Program-made: the position numbers and the translations under genes
Notes under the pieces: generated by a model
What the model saw: the letters and a program-made list of their open reading frames with translations, nothing else
The model's database searches: none
What the model was told of the DNA's origin: nothing
Part shown: positions 28,095 through 38,112 of the stretch, piece by piece
How positions within the stretch are numbered: the stretch's first letter is position 1
How the letters are laid out: every line of letters starts with the position of its first letter
Assembly: GCA_036339465.1 (NCBI GenBank)
Contig: JAYZAY010000062.1
Span: 101,707-165,706 of the forward strand
From: Myxococcota bacterium
Lineage (GTDB): Bacteria > Myxococcota > XYA12-FULL-58-9 > JABJBS01
Direction: 5' to 3'
Length of the DNA stretch: 64,000 bases

Positions 28095-29561
28095 TTAGAG
28101 GGTTATTTCGTGGGGTAGGAGATCGCGAAGGCTCCGGAAGTATTGATAGTTCGAATAAAAATAGAAATTTGAGACACGACTCGTGTAGATACATGCGTAA
28201 CGTTGGACTTGCTGGCCGAAACGACTGTTTTCCTGTCCTTGTTTAAATACCATTCCCCAATGTTCATTGGATCCGCGGTCGATCCTGGACTCTAATTGAC
28301 CCCTTTCTTCAATCAGCTTCTTTAGCTCGACCTTATTCTCGTCTCGCGCTACACGAATATCTCTAAATGCTGTGTCATATTCAGCCGAATCTTCTTTGGA
28401 AAGGAAGGACAGTTCTTGGCGCTGATCATTGCAGACCTCATCTAACTCTTGCTGTCGTGTTGTGACCTCTGAGAGTTTGTCGAATAAATGTCGACTTTGA
28501 GTCATGTAGGTCAGCTCCTCTTCTAGTTCCTCCACGACGAGGGCAGTGCGCCACATTGCATTCCGTTTACTCCTTAGAATATCGCCGTAAATATGGTCAC
28601 CCACGTAGAGCAGTTGTTCTCCTGCCAGTCCGAAGAGTTGTTCGAAATCATTGACGTTGCCGCCTTTGTAAATCCCTCCCTTCTCAAAGTGGGTCACAGC
28701 ATCCTCAGATTCTCTACCGTCTTGTTTGATAGCAATAAACGGTTTCTCACCTTGCCAGAATCCAGGTTTAGTGGCCGCGACTATCGCGAGGTCGAAATAA
28801 TCTCGCCACTGGGAGTATTCGTCTAGTTTTCCGTCCAAGAGAAAGGACATGACAGTGTTTGTGTATTCCCAATGCGAATTGGTGAGAAGAAATAGTTTCT
28901 TTCCTGAGGACCGTAGCTTATGCAAAGTCATCGGTAATTCCGGATCTTGGATGATATATCTATCAAGGTCGGCCTTGATTATCGATTTAAGACTTCCGTC
29001 TCGGTGGATTTTGTCGATGGAATCACGGGTGTCTTGGAATAGCTTATGCGGGTTAAAGGGGGTGCCCCACATTTCAAAGAAATGGATAAGGTCCGCATAT
29101 AAACAAATTTCGGGCAATTCGAAAAACGTGTCTACAGATTGAAACCGATTGCTGTCGTCGAATCGCGTTTTTTCATGGCGGTAGTTTGTTCGCTTTTCCT
29201 CTTTCGTTAGGGGGCGTCTTCCATGGAAGGCGAGCGAAACGTGGTTATGTCTGTCTAACTTAATGATGTTCCCGAGTAGGGTGTCGACTGTGAGTCCTCT
29301 AATCACGAAGTCTGCATCGTAATTCGTCCCAAGAAGCCTTTCGGGATACCCGATTTCCACAAGGTTCTTTAGAGTGAGATCATAAGCAAGGGTTTCAATG
29401 GGAACCCGAAAATACCTTGCGATGGTATAATCCATATCGAAACCGAAGGCTTTGATGTTGTCTAAGCGTAGATTTCGATTAACAAATACACGTCGGGCAT
29501 CTTCAGGAGGACGATAGTTTGCAGTGGGGGCAAGAGTGATGCTGGTTGGGGTTTGGGACAA
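28095..29561 (-). CDS. HAD-IG family 5'-nucleotidase (cN-II-like)
   Basis: VFVNRNL, GFDMDYT, LLTNS, YVGDHIYGDI, YACIYTSRVSN. Confidence 0.92.
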   Translation of the reverse strand: MSQTPTSITLAPTANYRPPEDARRVFVNRNLRLDNIKAFGFDMDYTIARYFRVPIETLAYDLTLKNLVEIGYPERLLGTNYDADFVIRGLTVDTLLGNIIKLDRHNHVSLAFHGRRPLTKEEKRTNYRHEKTRFDDSNRFQSVDTFFELPEICLYADLIHFFEMWGTPFNPHKLFQDTRDSIDKIHRDGSLKSIIKADLDRYIIQDPELPMTLHKLRSSGKKLFLLTNSHWEYTNTVMSFLLDGKLDEYSQWRDYFDLAIVAATKPGFWQGEKPFIAIKQDGRESEDAVTHFEKGGIYKGGNVNDFEQLFGLAGEQLLYVGDHIYGDILRSKRNAMWRTALVVEELEEELTYMTQSRHLFDKLSEVTTRQQELDEVCNDQRQELSFLSKEDSAEYDTAFRDIRVARDENKVELKKLIEERGQLESRIDRGSNEHWGMVFKQGQENSRFGQQVQRYACIYTSRVSNFYFYSNYQYFRSLRDLLPHEITL

Positions 29562-29563
29562 GT

Positions 29564-31225
29564 CTATAACCTTTCAGGAATGGCTACGAATCTAGCTTTT
29601 TCCGATAAGTAAAAATATGTTTCTAGCGCAGAGTTTTCTTCTTCGAAATGGTCAAAAAACAAAACGCGGATGTTTTGTTTTGCAAAAAGACCACTCATGA
29701 GCCCATAGAATAATTTATCGCCCAGCTGATATCCAAGTGTGTGGGTTAGGGCATTGAACATTTCGGCGTCAACCTCATAAAGTTCGACCATTTTTCTTGT
29801 GCGCTTACCCTCTTCAAAACGGGCATGCTTCAAACAGAGCCGTGCCAGCTCTTTCTCAAAATGAGTGGAGTAACGAGATCGCCTGATTTTTTCAAGGTCC
29901 TGGTTATGGGGACATTTTCTTTTATGGTTCAATAGTTTTGAACCCATGAATCCAATGGCCTCTTCCAGGGTTCGTGCATAAAAGGCGTCCACGAGTCTTT
30001 TGGGTTCGTGACAGCCGGAACATATATGACGGATGAAATGGGTTGCTTCTTCAGCTGCGTGGTTGATGGAAAGATTCCCCAAGTAGGCCATTTTGATTCT
30101 TGGGATGTAGTAACTTTCGGATGAAAGAATCTGTTCTTTGATCATTCGAATATCTGCGTCGGAAAAATTGTTGCCGCGGGATAAATCTTCTAGAAAACTC
30201 AAGTCAGCTACTGTTGTGACTTGAATTTGGTCTATGGCCTCTCCGATCTCTAAATCGAAATAGCGTTCGATAGACCGGATATAATCGAGGAAGTTTTCCT
30301 CGATGCCCTCAAGTGGCTGTCCTGAATCGTTTGTGTCAAGCCAAGTTAAGAAAGATTGCTGAGAGACGATGGGCAAGGTGTTGATGATGCAGTACTGGCC
30401 TGACTTGATTCGAACAATTTCTGTATCGTGTTCTTGCCCCTTGCTTTCGAGATCCCAGTAAATCTCTTCGGCATTCTGGTAAATCGAGGTGAAGCCCCCG
30501 TTTTTCACGATGCTGGGTACTAAGGTTTGGATTTCGTGGGGGAGATGGGGCGGGATGATGTGCATTTCTCCGGTGAAAATCCACAGTTGGTTTTTGGGAT
30601 TGCGCCGCATTGCCCTGGCGATGATTCGGGCGGCGAATTTATCTCTCGCCTGAAGTGAGTATCTCCGATCAGTTTTTCTTGAACGCTCGATACCAATGAC
30701 TTTATGTCCGGACGCCTTGGCGTGTTCTAGGACGCAGGTCATGGTTTTTCGTTGATTTAGTTCGGTAGAATTTTGGTCTGAGACAAATTCGAAGAGTTGG
30801 TCTAGCGTGATTTTACCGTCGAGATAGGTATCCATATGCTTTTGGTGTCGGGCCTCCAACCATTCCAATGCGAGGGTCAAGGGCCTTTCTTTGGGGACGC
30901 GCCGAAGGAATCTAAGAAAGCTACGCTGTGCCTGGGCAAGGGTATGATAGTCTCCGAAGCAAACAAATCTCCGTTGGGCCAGTTCTTGCTCCAATTGCTC
31001 TATATGGCACTTTTTTTGGTAGGTTTGCGTATGTTGGCGGTATCTTTCTTCGTATTTGTGGAATTCGGAATTGTGGCTTTTCACCATCGAGTTAATGTAA
31101 ATTTGGTTTCGACGAAATATCTCTCTGTGAAGTTGCACCACTTCGGAACGCTGATTGTTGCCGCGTTTTTTGACAGAGCGTGGCGGAAGTCTTTCGACCA
31201 ATTTTTTTTTGTTTTTTGCCAACAT
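29564..31225 (-). CDS. ChaN/EreA/TIKI-fold protein with an additional C-terminal domain; start revised to ATG 31225
   Basis: FGDYHT, LALEW, RD..AA, GEMH..P.HLP ChaN-like motifs; no signal peptide; C-terminal HAAEEATH...EEAIGF. Confidence 0.6.
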   Translation of the reverse strand: MLAKNKKKLVERLPPRSVKKRGNNQRSEVVQLHREIFRRNQIYINSMVKSHNSEFHKYEERYRQHTQTYQKKCHIEQLEQELAQRRFVCFGDYHTLAQAQRSFLRFLRRVPKERPLTLALEWLEARHQKHMDTYLDGKITLDQLFEFVSDQNSTELNQRKTMTCVLEHAKASGHKVIGIERSRKTDRRYSLQARDKFAARIIARAMRRNPKNQLWIFTGEMHIIPPHLPHEIQTLVPSIVKNGGFTSIYQNAEEIYWDLESKGQEHDTEIVRIKSGQYCIINTLPIVSQQSFLTWLDTNDSGQPLEGIEENFLDYIRSIERYFDLEIGEAIDQIQVTTVADLSFLEDLSRGNNFSDADIRMIKEQILSSESYYIPRIKMAYLGNLSINHAAEEATHFIRHICSGCHEPKRLVDAFYARTLEEAIGFMGSKLLNHKRKCPHNQDLEKIRRSRYSTHFEKELARLCLKHARFEEGKRTRKMVELYEVDAEMFNALTHTLGYQLGDKLFYGLMSGLFAKQNIRVLFFDHFEEENSALETYFYLSEKARFVAIPERL

Positions 31226-31323
31226 TGGCCTTGCCTCTATGATTAAAATGGTGACAGATTTTGGGCTCAATGGCTACTTTCGGACATTGCCCGATCGAAT
31301 GTAGCGTACATAGGAGATCGTGA

Positions 31324-31953
31324 GTGTCTATTAGAAACCTGCTTCACACGCTGCACTGCGTTGTGAGTATTTTCTCAATTATGTTAATAACTTCTACCGG
31401 GGTGACTTACGCAGGTCGGTTGAATTCGGAAGATTACAGTCTCGCGAGAGATTGGTATGATGGAAAAGAGGATCCTCGACTCGAAAAATTTTCTGAGAAG
31501 AACAAAAAGAAAAAGATCGCTAAGTCTTTGGGGGTGACCGTAAGTCGGCTGGAAGAGGCTACTCGGAGATATGAGGCGGCCATTGGAGCACTTAAGGATG
31601 GAACTGAAAAGGCTATAAGGACAAACCTCTCAAAAACCCCCATTGCAGAACGCATATTGAGTGTGGAGCTTAATACCGAAACCCGTCAAGCTGTTGCGTT
31701 TGTTCAGTGGACGTGTGGAGATAAGCGAGATGTCGACCAGGAAGCATCCTATGTTGCTTGGGCGGTATCTAAAGCGGCTCAAGTGGCCGAGATTTTGGGG
31801 CTTTGGTGTGTGGATAAAGCGAAAACAAAACAGTTTTCGGCCCAAATAGGTAGGACTGGATTTACTCGGATAGATAAAGAGCGTATTGGGCGCTTTGCAT
31901 CCACGCGATATGCCCGGTTATTTGAACAGGTCAAGCGAGGGCCTCACCAATAG
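31324..31953 (+). CDS. Hypothetical secreted protein
   Basis: AGGAGA RBS, signal-peptide-like N-terminus, 209 aa ORF. Confidence 0.65.
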   Translation: MSIRNLLHTLHCVVSIFSIMLITSTGVTYAGRLNSEDYSLARDWYDGKEDPRLEKFSEKNKKKKIAKSLGVTVSRLEEATRRYEAAIGALKDGTEKAIRTNLSKTPIAERILSVELNTETRQAVAFVQWTCGDKRDVDQEASYVAWAVSKAAQVAEILGLWCVDKAKTKQFSAQIGRTGFTRIDKERIGRFASTRYARLFEQVKRGPHQ

Positions 31954-32017
31954 GTTTACCATACGCCAAAGTTTTTCATCAATTCGCCTCAAGGTTGGTA
32001 CCGTGTAATAATGCTGT

Positions 32018-33685
32018 ATGCAATTGAGATTGGTGAGGGATCATCTTCAATTCAAGCGACGTTCCAGCCCAGGATATGAGGCTCCTTGGATTGTTATGGA
32101 TCTTAGGAATCAAAGTTCCGACAATTGGTACGATGTTGAATTAGAGATTGCCAAGCTCTTTGATGGGTCACGGACCATGGATGAAGTTCTTAAGGCGAGC
32201 CAGGCAACCTTAGGCTTCAAGTGTAATCAAAGAGAACTTACTGTTTTTGTCGAACGACTACGTTCTTTTGGTTGGCTCCAATCAGAATTGGGTGCAGCGG
32301 ATCTTTCTCCAGAGCGATCAAAGCAGAGAAGTGATGAGTTGTGGAAGAAAGGGTTTTCCGGTGATGACGAGGAGTTTGGAGAGGAAAGCGACGAGGCTGA
32401 TATCGGGCGTGATGAGGCTCCAGGCGGAGAAGTAAGAGGAGGGCCCAAGTCGAAGGAATATGGTGTATTTCGTCGCTTAGTTTTGCCTCTAGGTCTTATG
32501 ACTGTGTTTTTCATGTTGGGTCTTTATGCCAACAGTTTTTATGGGCCTGGGGTTCAAGCAACGCTTACGCCCTTGAAACTACATGTCGTTCAAGGGGCGC
32601 CTTGGGTTACAGTTGAAACAGTGTGGCCCGAGCATGGGATTTGGATGTCTTTTCGGGAATCAGGCCCGGTCGAAAAATTATTGGTTTCTGTGGGTGACCG
32701 AATTAGAGAGGGAGAGGTTTTGGGATTTCTTAAGCTTCCTTTGTCCGCTCTTAAGTCCTATGAAAAGTTGGATGGTGCTTACCGGAATGTTCGTGCGACC
32801 CTGGCGAATATTGCCCAACAGCGGTCGAGTATGGAGCAAGAGGGCGTTATGCTGCGCCATGAACGTAAAAACTTGGACCAAACCATTGAATCTTATGAAT
32901 CCAAACTCGAAACTGGGTTGGTTAAGCGAGACCCTAGCCAACACCGCGCATGGATAGAAAACCGTGCACTGTTGAATGTGAGACTGGCTAGAATAACACG
33001 TCAAGTTTCGAAGTTAGAGGCACGCGAAGTTGATGCAAGGCGAAATCTGGCGAAAGAGCAAACTCGTTATTTTACTTGGATTTCCAGGTACAGAACGAAA
33101 TTATTGGTGGCGCCTTTTGAAGCTTCGGTAGCGCGAATGCGGGTGGGGAATACCGGGGATTTTGTAGAAGTAGGGGAGCCAGTTCTTTATTTGGAAAAAC
33201 GTGGGCCTTATTTGTTGAAACCGAATCTAAGCACGAAATCTCTGGCTCCTTCAGCGTTAAAGGAAGGTCGCGTCAATGTTATTGTGGCTTCCGGAGAGAT
33301 TCTTGAAGCTGATATGGAAAAACGAGAGGTCGAGGGAGAGACGGGTCTGTGGATTGTTAAAACTAGGCGCCCGGTTCTTATGGATCAGGTGGATGCAAAG
33401 CTTGGGCAAGCGCGCATTGGCTTTGGCAAAGAGGTGAAGATGGTTCGAATACCATACCGAGTGGTTCGGAAATTTCCTTCTTCGGCCGGAGAGATAAGTA
33501 TACCGACTTGGGAGAATGGGGAGATTGTTCGTCGCACGGGTCGGGTTCTCTGGGACACAGACGATTATCTGTGGCTTAGCATCAACTATGAGGGCGCAGA
33601 AGATGTTCTCCAAGCCGTTGTGGGGGCGGATCGAAGGTTTCTTCCTCCTGAATTCGAGGCCGATGATTTAGCTATCCTTTACTAG
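32018..33685 (+). CDS. HlyD/membrane-fusion-like protein with an N-terminal cytoplasmic winged-helix-like domain
   Basis: FDGSRT..E.. N-terminal domain; TM helix; GPVEKLLVSVGDRIREGEVL lipoyl half; long coiled coil; LVAPF...GDFVEVGEPV second half. Confidence 0.7.
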   Translation: MQLRLVRDHLQFKRRSSPGYEAPWIVMDLRNQSSDNWYDVELEIAKLFDGSRTMDEVLKASQATLGFKCNQRELTVFVERLRSFGWLQSELGAADLSPERSKQRSDELWKKGFSGDDEEFGEESDEADIGRDEAPGGEVRGGPKSKEYGVFRRLVLPLGLMTVFFMLGLYANSFYGPGVQATLTPLKLHVVQGAPWVTVETVWPEHGIWMSFRESGPVEKLLVSVGDRIREGEVLGFLKLPLSALKSYEKLDGAYRNVRATLANIAQQRSSMEQEGVMLRHERKNLDQTIESYESKLETGLVKRDPSQHRAWIENRALLNVRLARITRQVSKLEAREVDARRNLAKEQTRYFTWISRYRTKLLVAPFEASVARMRVGNTGDFVEVGEPVLYLEKRGPYLLKPNLSTKSLAPSALKEGRVNVIVASGEILEADMEKREVEGETGLWIVKTRRPVLMDQVDAKLGQARIGFGKEVKMVRIPYRVVRKFPSSAGEISIPTWENGEIVRRTGRVLWDTDDYLWLSINYEGAEDVLQAVVGADRRFLPPEFEADDLAILY

Positions 33686-34283
33686 GTGCAGCTAGCCTGG
33701 TTTCTAAGTTCTCGACGCTTTGGGCAAACCATTCTATCCATGGTGATACTAGCTCTGTTCTCCCTTCCAAAGTGATTGATAGACCACGATCCGCGTGGAC
33801 CAAGAGAAAAGACATGCTGGTTACGGATACCTGTGAAATACCGCGGCCGAGGGAATAGGAATGTTCGAGTTTTGTGGCGGGTTGTCCAAGGAGTTCGATG
33901 GATTCCCTTTTTTCGTGGGTGGCTTTAAGCTGGTTTCTACGAAGTTGCTGCTGAAACGCACTGTTTTGACGCTCGGAGAAATTTGCCAGTTTCGTGGGTT
34001 TGATTCTCAGAGGTTCATAGACAATATTAATTTTCGGACTACCGGGGACTTGGTCTTGTAGTTCAAGTCGTAACAGAGTGCCCCCCTTGACTGCATCGGA
34101 GGGCGCTGCGATCTTGTCGGAAATTTGCCACTGGGTATGTCCGGGCATTTTCCAGTCTAGATTCGGGATAACCCAGGTGGGATTCAGCAGGGTGGGGATT
34201 TCATTGTTGCAACCAAGGTTGAGGCTACCCAACCCGATGGCTGCAACTAAGCAGGCGATGATTTTACCGGCGATGATTTTCAT
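33672..34283 (-). CDS. Lipoprotein, PsbP/DcrB-like fold (tentative)
   Basis: Lipobox NLGC; MPGHTQW...KINIV...LLGQPA pattern; ATGA overlap with the upstream cystathionine beta-synthase stop. Confidence 0.5.
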   Translation of the reverse strand: MKIIAGKIIACLVAAIGLGSLNLGCNNEIPTLLNPTWVIPNLDWKMPGHTQWQISDKIAAPSDAVKGGTLLRLELQDQVPGSPKINIVYEPLRIKPTKLANFSERQNSAFQQQLRRNQLKATHEKRESIELLGQPATKLEHSYSLGRGISQVSVTSMSFLLVHADRGLSITLEGRTELVSPWIEWFAQSVENLETRLAAPSKG

Positions 34284-35665
34284 GTCATTTTTCTAGCCAT
34301 AAATTCGATTAAATCAATCTTTGTGATCACTCCGAGGATTTCATGCTCGTTTAGGACCACGATTAGTGAAGCCTGATTGAACAAACCACCCAATGAAGCC
34401 ACCGGCGTATTGGCATCAACGACTGCCAAGCTCTTTTCAACCACGGAGGCGATGGAATCGTTGAGGTTGCTTCCTTCCGATTCAACCAAATGGTTCAGTA
34501 GCGCCCTTTCACTCACTGCCCCAACCAGCTTGCCAGCGTGGAGGACTGGGAGTTGGCTGATCCCAAACTCTTTCATTCGCGCGATAATATCTTTCACACT
34601 GTCGGATTTCACCGCAGTTATGACGGGTCTTGAAGGGAGCGCGGAGAGGAGGTCGTCGACCTTGCCGAAAGTTGGATCTGGACCGAGGTAACCGTGTTCT
34701 CGCATCCATGCATCGTCGAGGTGTTTTGAAAGATATCGATAGGCTGTGTCTGGGAGGTGCGCGATGATTCGAACGTGTTTGTCATGCATTTCCGCATACT
34801 TAACTGCGCCAGCTATGGATGCCCCGCAGGATTGCCCACACATGATACCCTCTTCTCGCACGAGACGGCGCGCCATGATGAAACATTCTTTGTCCGTCAC
34901 CCTAATGACGTCATCGATAAATTCAAAGTTGATGGTGCTGGGGAGGAAATCTTCACCAATACCCTCTACCTTATAGGGGCTCGCCTCTGTTAATTTCCCT
35001 GTTTTGAAATAGTCGTAGTAAAGCGAACCCACGGGGTCGACCGCAACGGTTTTGATTTCGGGATTTTGCTCTTTAAAATAGCGACCGGTTCCGCTGAGGG
35101 TACCACCGGTTCCTATACCCGCGCAAAAAATATCAAATTCCCCTTTCGTTTCTTCCCAAATTTCAGGTCCTGTGGATTTGTAGTGTGTTTCTGGGTTGGC
35201 GGGGTTGTGATATTGGTTGGAATAGAAAGCTCCGGGGGTTTCCTCGGCGATACGTCGAGAGACGGAGTAGTAGCTACGCGGATCTTCCGGTTCAACATTG
35301 GTTGGGGTAACGATGACCTTCGCCCCAACTGCTCTTAAAATCTTGATTTTTTCCTGTGACATTTTGTCGGGCATGATGAAAATGGTTTTGTATCCACGAA
35401 CAGCAGCCACAAGGGCGAGACCCATGCCGGTATTGCCACTGGTGGCCTCAACGATGGTTCCGCCCGGCCTCAGTAATCCGCGGTCCTCCGCGTCGTCGAT
35501 GATGTTGATGGCGATTCGGTCTTTCATGGAGCCGCCTGGATTCAGGTATTCACATTTGGCATAGATTTCGGCTTTGGTATGCCCGCCGATTCGATTTAAC
35601 TTGACGAGGGGGGTTTTGCCTACCGCTTCGAGAATATTACTTACGGCTCCGGGGATAATACTCAT
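34280..35665 (-). CDS. cbs: Cystathionine beta-synthase (PLP domain plus CBS pair); start revised to ATG 35665
   Basis: KCEYLNPGGSMKDR, EATSGNTG, GTGGT, VEGIGEDF, C-terminal CBS domains; GGAGG RBS upstream. Confidence 0.9.
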   Translation of the reverse strand: MSIIPGAVSNILEAVGKTPLVKLNRIGGHTKAEIYAKCEYLNPGGSMKDRIAINIIDDAEDRGLLRPGGTIVEATSGNTGMGLALVAAVRGYKTIFIMPDKMSQEKIKILRAVGAKVIVTPTNVEPEDPRSYYSVSRRIAEETPGAFYSNQYHNPANPETHYKSTGPEIWEETKGEFDIFCAGIGTGGTLSGTGRYFKEQNPEIKTVAVDPVGSLYYDYFKTGKLTEASPYKVEGIGEDFLPSTINFEFIDDVIRVTDKECFIMARRLVREEGIMCGQSCGASIAGAVKYAEMHDKHVRIIAHLPDTAYRYLSKHLDDAWMREHGYLGPDPTFGKVDDLLSALPSRPVITAVKSDSVKDIIARMKEFGISQLPVLHAGKLVGAVSERALLNHLVESEGSNLNDSIASVVEKSLAVVDANTPVASLGGLFNQASLIVVLNEHEILGVITKIDLIEFMARKMT

Positions 35666-35872
35666 GGAGACCCTCCTTCCAAAACATGGTTCGGGAAATT
35701 GACAGTTTTCGTTTATGTTATTCGCGATATTCAAAGTGACTGCATAGTTCAAGCAGCGTTTGATGGAATTTACGCTATAAAGTTCAATTCTCCGCTCTTC
35801 TGACGAATTGGGTAGTCGAAATAACGATCGAATATTGAAACTAGTATGTTGTGCTATTGATAAGCAAAGTGG

Positions 35873-36274
35873 CTAGGATGCGGCCTGTTGTGCTTCTTTC
35901 AGCAATTGTACCATTTGTCTTACGTGTATGACGTGGAGATAAAGCGCTAAGAGGTCTTTTCGATCTTGTACGTGATCCAAACAATCCCGAATAAATGAAG
36001 ATAGTTCAAAGGTGTCTTCGACTTCGGGATCCAAGCGTATCAAAATTGTTTCTCGGATACGTTCATCCATTTCCCCACTTCCATCCATTCGAGGGTCCAT
36101 GGCCGTAAAGAAGGCTCTCAGCTGAAGGGCCAGAGAATCGAGCAAATCCGTCGTGACACCCGCCCGTAATAGGCCACCGGCCACGTCCATGGCGCCGTCC
36201 ACCACCGATGCATTTAATTTTCCTGTGCCGTTGGCTTCGTACCAGCCGTTTTCTAAGTAGGTCATCATGATCAC
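35873..36274 (-). CDS. Small acidic all-helical protein with a tentative Csm2/Cas11-like pattern
   Basis: YLENGWY...G.L...A.DVA..L...GVTT...QLRAFF...FIRDCLDHVQDRKDL...H. The ORF is credible; the family call comes from pattern recall only. Confidence 0.45.
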   Translation of the reverse strand: MIMMTYLENGWYEANGTGKLNASVVDGAMDVAGGLLRAGVTTDLLDSLALQLRAFFTAMDPRMDGSGEMDERIRETILIRLDPEVEDTFELSSFIRDCLDHVQDRKDLLALYLHVIHVRQMVQLLKEAQQAAS

Positions 36275-36339
36275 CGAAGCTATCGCTTAATGGCCCATGA
36301 ACGCAAGTCTTCATCGTTCTTCAGGACGAATCGGCCACT

Positions 36340-37095
36340 CTATTGAGACTCGCTCGAGTCGATGTTCATCAGTTTCTCCATCTGGCCCACGAGGCTCGCA
36401 TGGTATTGGGTCAGTTCTTCTTCAAAGGTTTGGGTGGACGCTTTGGGCGGGGTGAAGGGGGGGGATAGATAGTGAGTTAGTTTAATGGGTCGTGGGACAA
36501 AGCTCGGCCCAAAGCCCCGAGAGACGGGGAGAGGTGTACGGAAATTCTTGTAGACAGTCTTAGTTAGCCAATTTTCGTAGAGAGTGTAGAGATCATCGGC
36601 TTTTGGGCAAGCGGCGAGGACTATTTTTGCCCCTGAAACCATCGATAGTCTGGCAAAGCCGGTTCGATGTTCCCAGCAGAGTTGGTATTTTTTCGAGGAT
36701 GGTCTCAATGCTTCTCTCATGCCCCCGGGGGCGACGGCCACCAGGGCGCCGGATTTAAGCAGTGGAAGGGCGTTTTCCATGGAGCCTTCCACGGCGCCAA
36801 GTCTAGTGGCGATGGAAGAAAAGCCCGGGGTTTTAAAGATCATTCGGTCTCCCAATGGACGCATGATGCGTTGACAGTATTCGTAGACTGTCGCAGCCAA
36901 GAGCATCATGTCGTAGGAGGCGAAGCTATGGTTGAAGACGAGAAGTGTTGGGCCCTGGATGGGAAAGGTTTCCAGGCCACTGACACTGTGTTGGTGGTAC
37001 TCTCTTAGCAGTCGGGCCGTCACGTGGGCGATATTGAGGAGCAGAGCGTTGTCTCCTAGGCTTGGGTGCTCACTTGGCATAAGCGGAGTATGCAC
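36340..37095 (-). CDS. Lysophospholipid/PlsC-type acyltransferase
   Basis: NHSFASYD (NHx-D), APGGMREA, RTGFARL. Confidence 0.88.
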   Translation of the reverse strand: MHTPLMPSEHPSLGDNALLLNIAHVTARLLREYHQHSVSGLETFPIQGPTLLVFNHSFASYDMMLLAATVYEYCQRIMRPLGDRMIFKTPGFSSIATRLGAVEGSMENALPLLKSGALVAVAPGGMREALRPSSKKYQLCWEHRTGFARLSMVSGAKIVLAACPKADDLYTLYENWLTKTVYKNFRTPLPVSRGFGPSFVPRPIKLTHYLSPPFTPPKASTQTFEEELTQYHASLVGQMEKLMNIDSSESQ

Positions 37096-37236
37096 AAGGA
37101 GTCGATTCTTTAAAAGTTATTCTGATAATTGGCGAATTTGAGGCTTAAGCTATGAGCGCCAGCCAGGTATTGAGGCTAGGCCAATCTCATTGAAGTAAAC
37201 CCCAACGAGTAACGGCAAATAGGCGGAGAATAGAAC

Positions 37237-38112
37237 GTGAAGAACGGTTGTATTTGGATGAATGGGGAGATCTTGTCTCCTGGGGACGCGAAGGTGAGCA
37301 TTTTTGACCAGGCTTTTCTTTATGGAATGTCTTGCTTTGAAACCGTAAGAGTTTTTGAGGGGATACCGTTTTTACTCAACGAACATCTTTCTCGATTGCA
37401 TCATGCTGTGACTTCCATGGGATTTCCGCCCCCTGCGGGGCTCGACAACCTGGAGGACATTGCTCAAGGAACCCTTGAAGGCTCGGGGTTATTGGATGCT
37501 GTGTTACGAATCACCGTGACGCCCGGGATAGGAGGGCCACTCAACATGCTGGACGGTGAGTGGAAGCCTATGTTGATTGTCTCTGTCTTGCCATTGCCGT
37601 TGCTGAATCAGGATTGGTATCACGCTGGTGTCTGTGGTTATGTTTCCCGGTGGCGAAAAGGAGAGGGTACGATTCCTCAAGGCGCTAAGGTGGGAAATTA
37701 TGCTGGTAACCTCCTAGCTGGAAAGGAGGCGAAGGAATACGGAGCTGACATGGCCATCATGCTCGACAAGGATGCCGAAGTTGCCGGCGGAAACTTTGCC
37801 AATATATTTATGCGTGTTGATGATATTTGGCAGACACCTGCGCCATCGTCGGCAACATTGCCTGGGATAATCCGAGGGTGGGTCATTCGGTTACTTGAGC
37901 GGAATGGAGAAGAGTACCTGGAACGGAGCTGGCATCCCGGGGAGTTTGCGCGTGCATCCGAAGCTTTTTTTAGCAGCTCTATTCGTGGTTTGGTTCCTTT
38001 GGTTCAAGTGAACGAAGTACGCATCGGGAATGGGACACCGGGAAAGGAAACTCGAGCGCTCATGGACCGTTATCGCACAGATACGGGTTCCAGGACACAG
38101 ATGCGCTCTTGA
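37237..38112 (+). CDS. Class IV PLP aminotransferase (IlvE/PabC/Dat family)
   Basis: FLYGMSCFET, HLSRL, AKVGNY (PLP Lys), LPGIIR, EAFFSSS. Confidence 0.9.
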   Translation: MKNGCIWMNGEILSPGDAKVSIFDQAFLYGMSCFETVRVFEGIPFLLNEHLSRLHHAVTSMGFPPPAGLDNLEDIAQGTLEGSGLLDAVLRITVTPGIGGPLNMLDGEWKPMLIVSVLPLPLLNQDWYHAGVCGYVSRWRKGEGTIPQGAKVGNYAGNLLAGKEAKEYGADMAIMLDKDAEVAGGNFANIFMRVDDIWQTPAPSSATLPGIIRGWVIRLLERNGEEYLERSWHPGEFARASEAFFSSSIRGLVPLVQVNEVRIGNGTPGKETRALMDRYRTDTGSRTQMRS

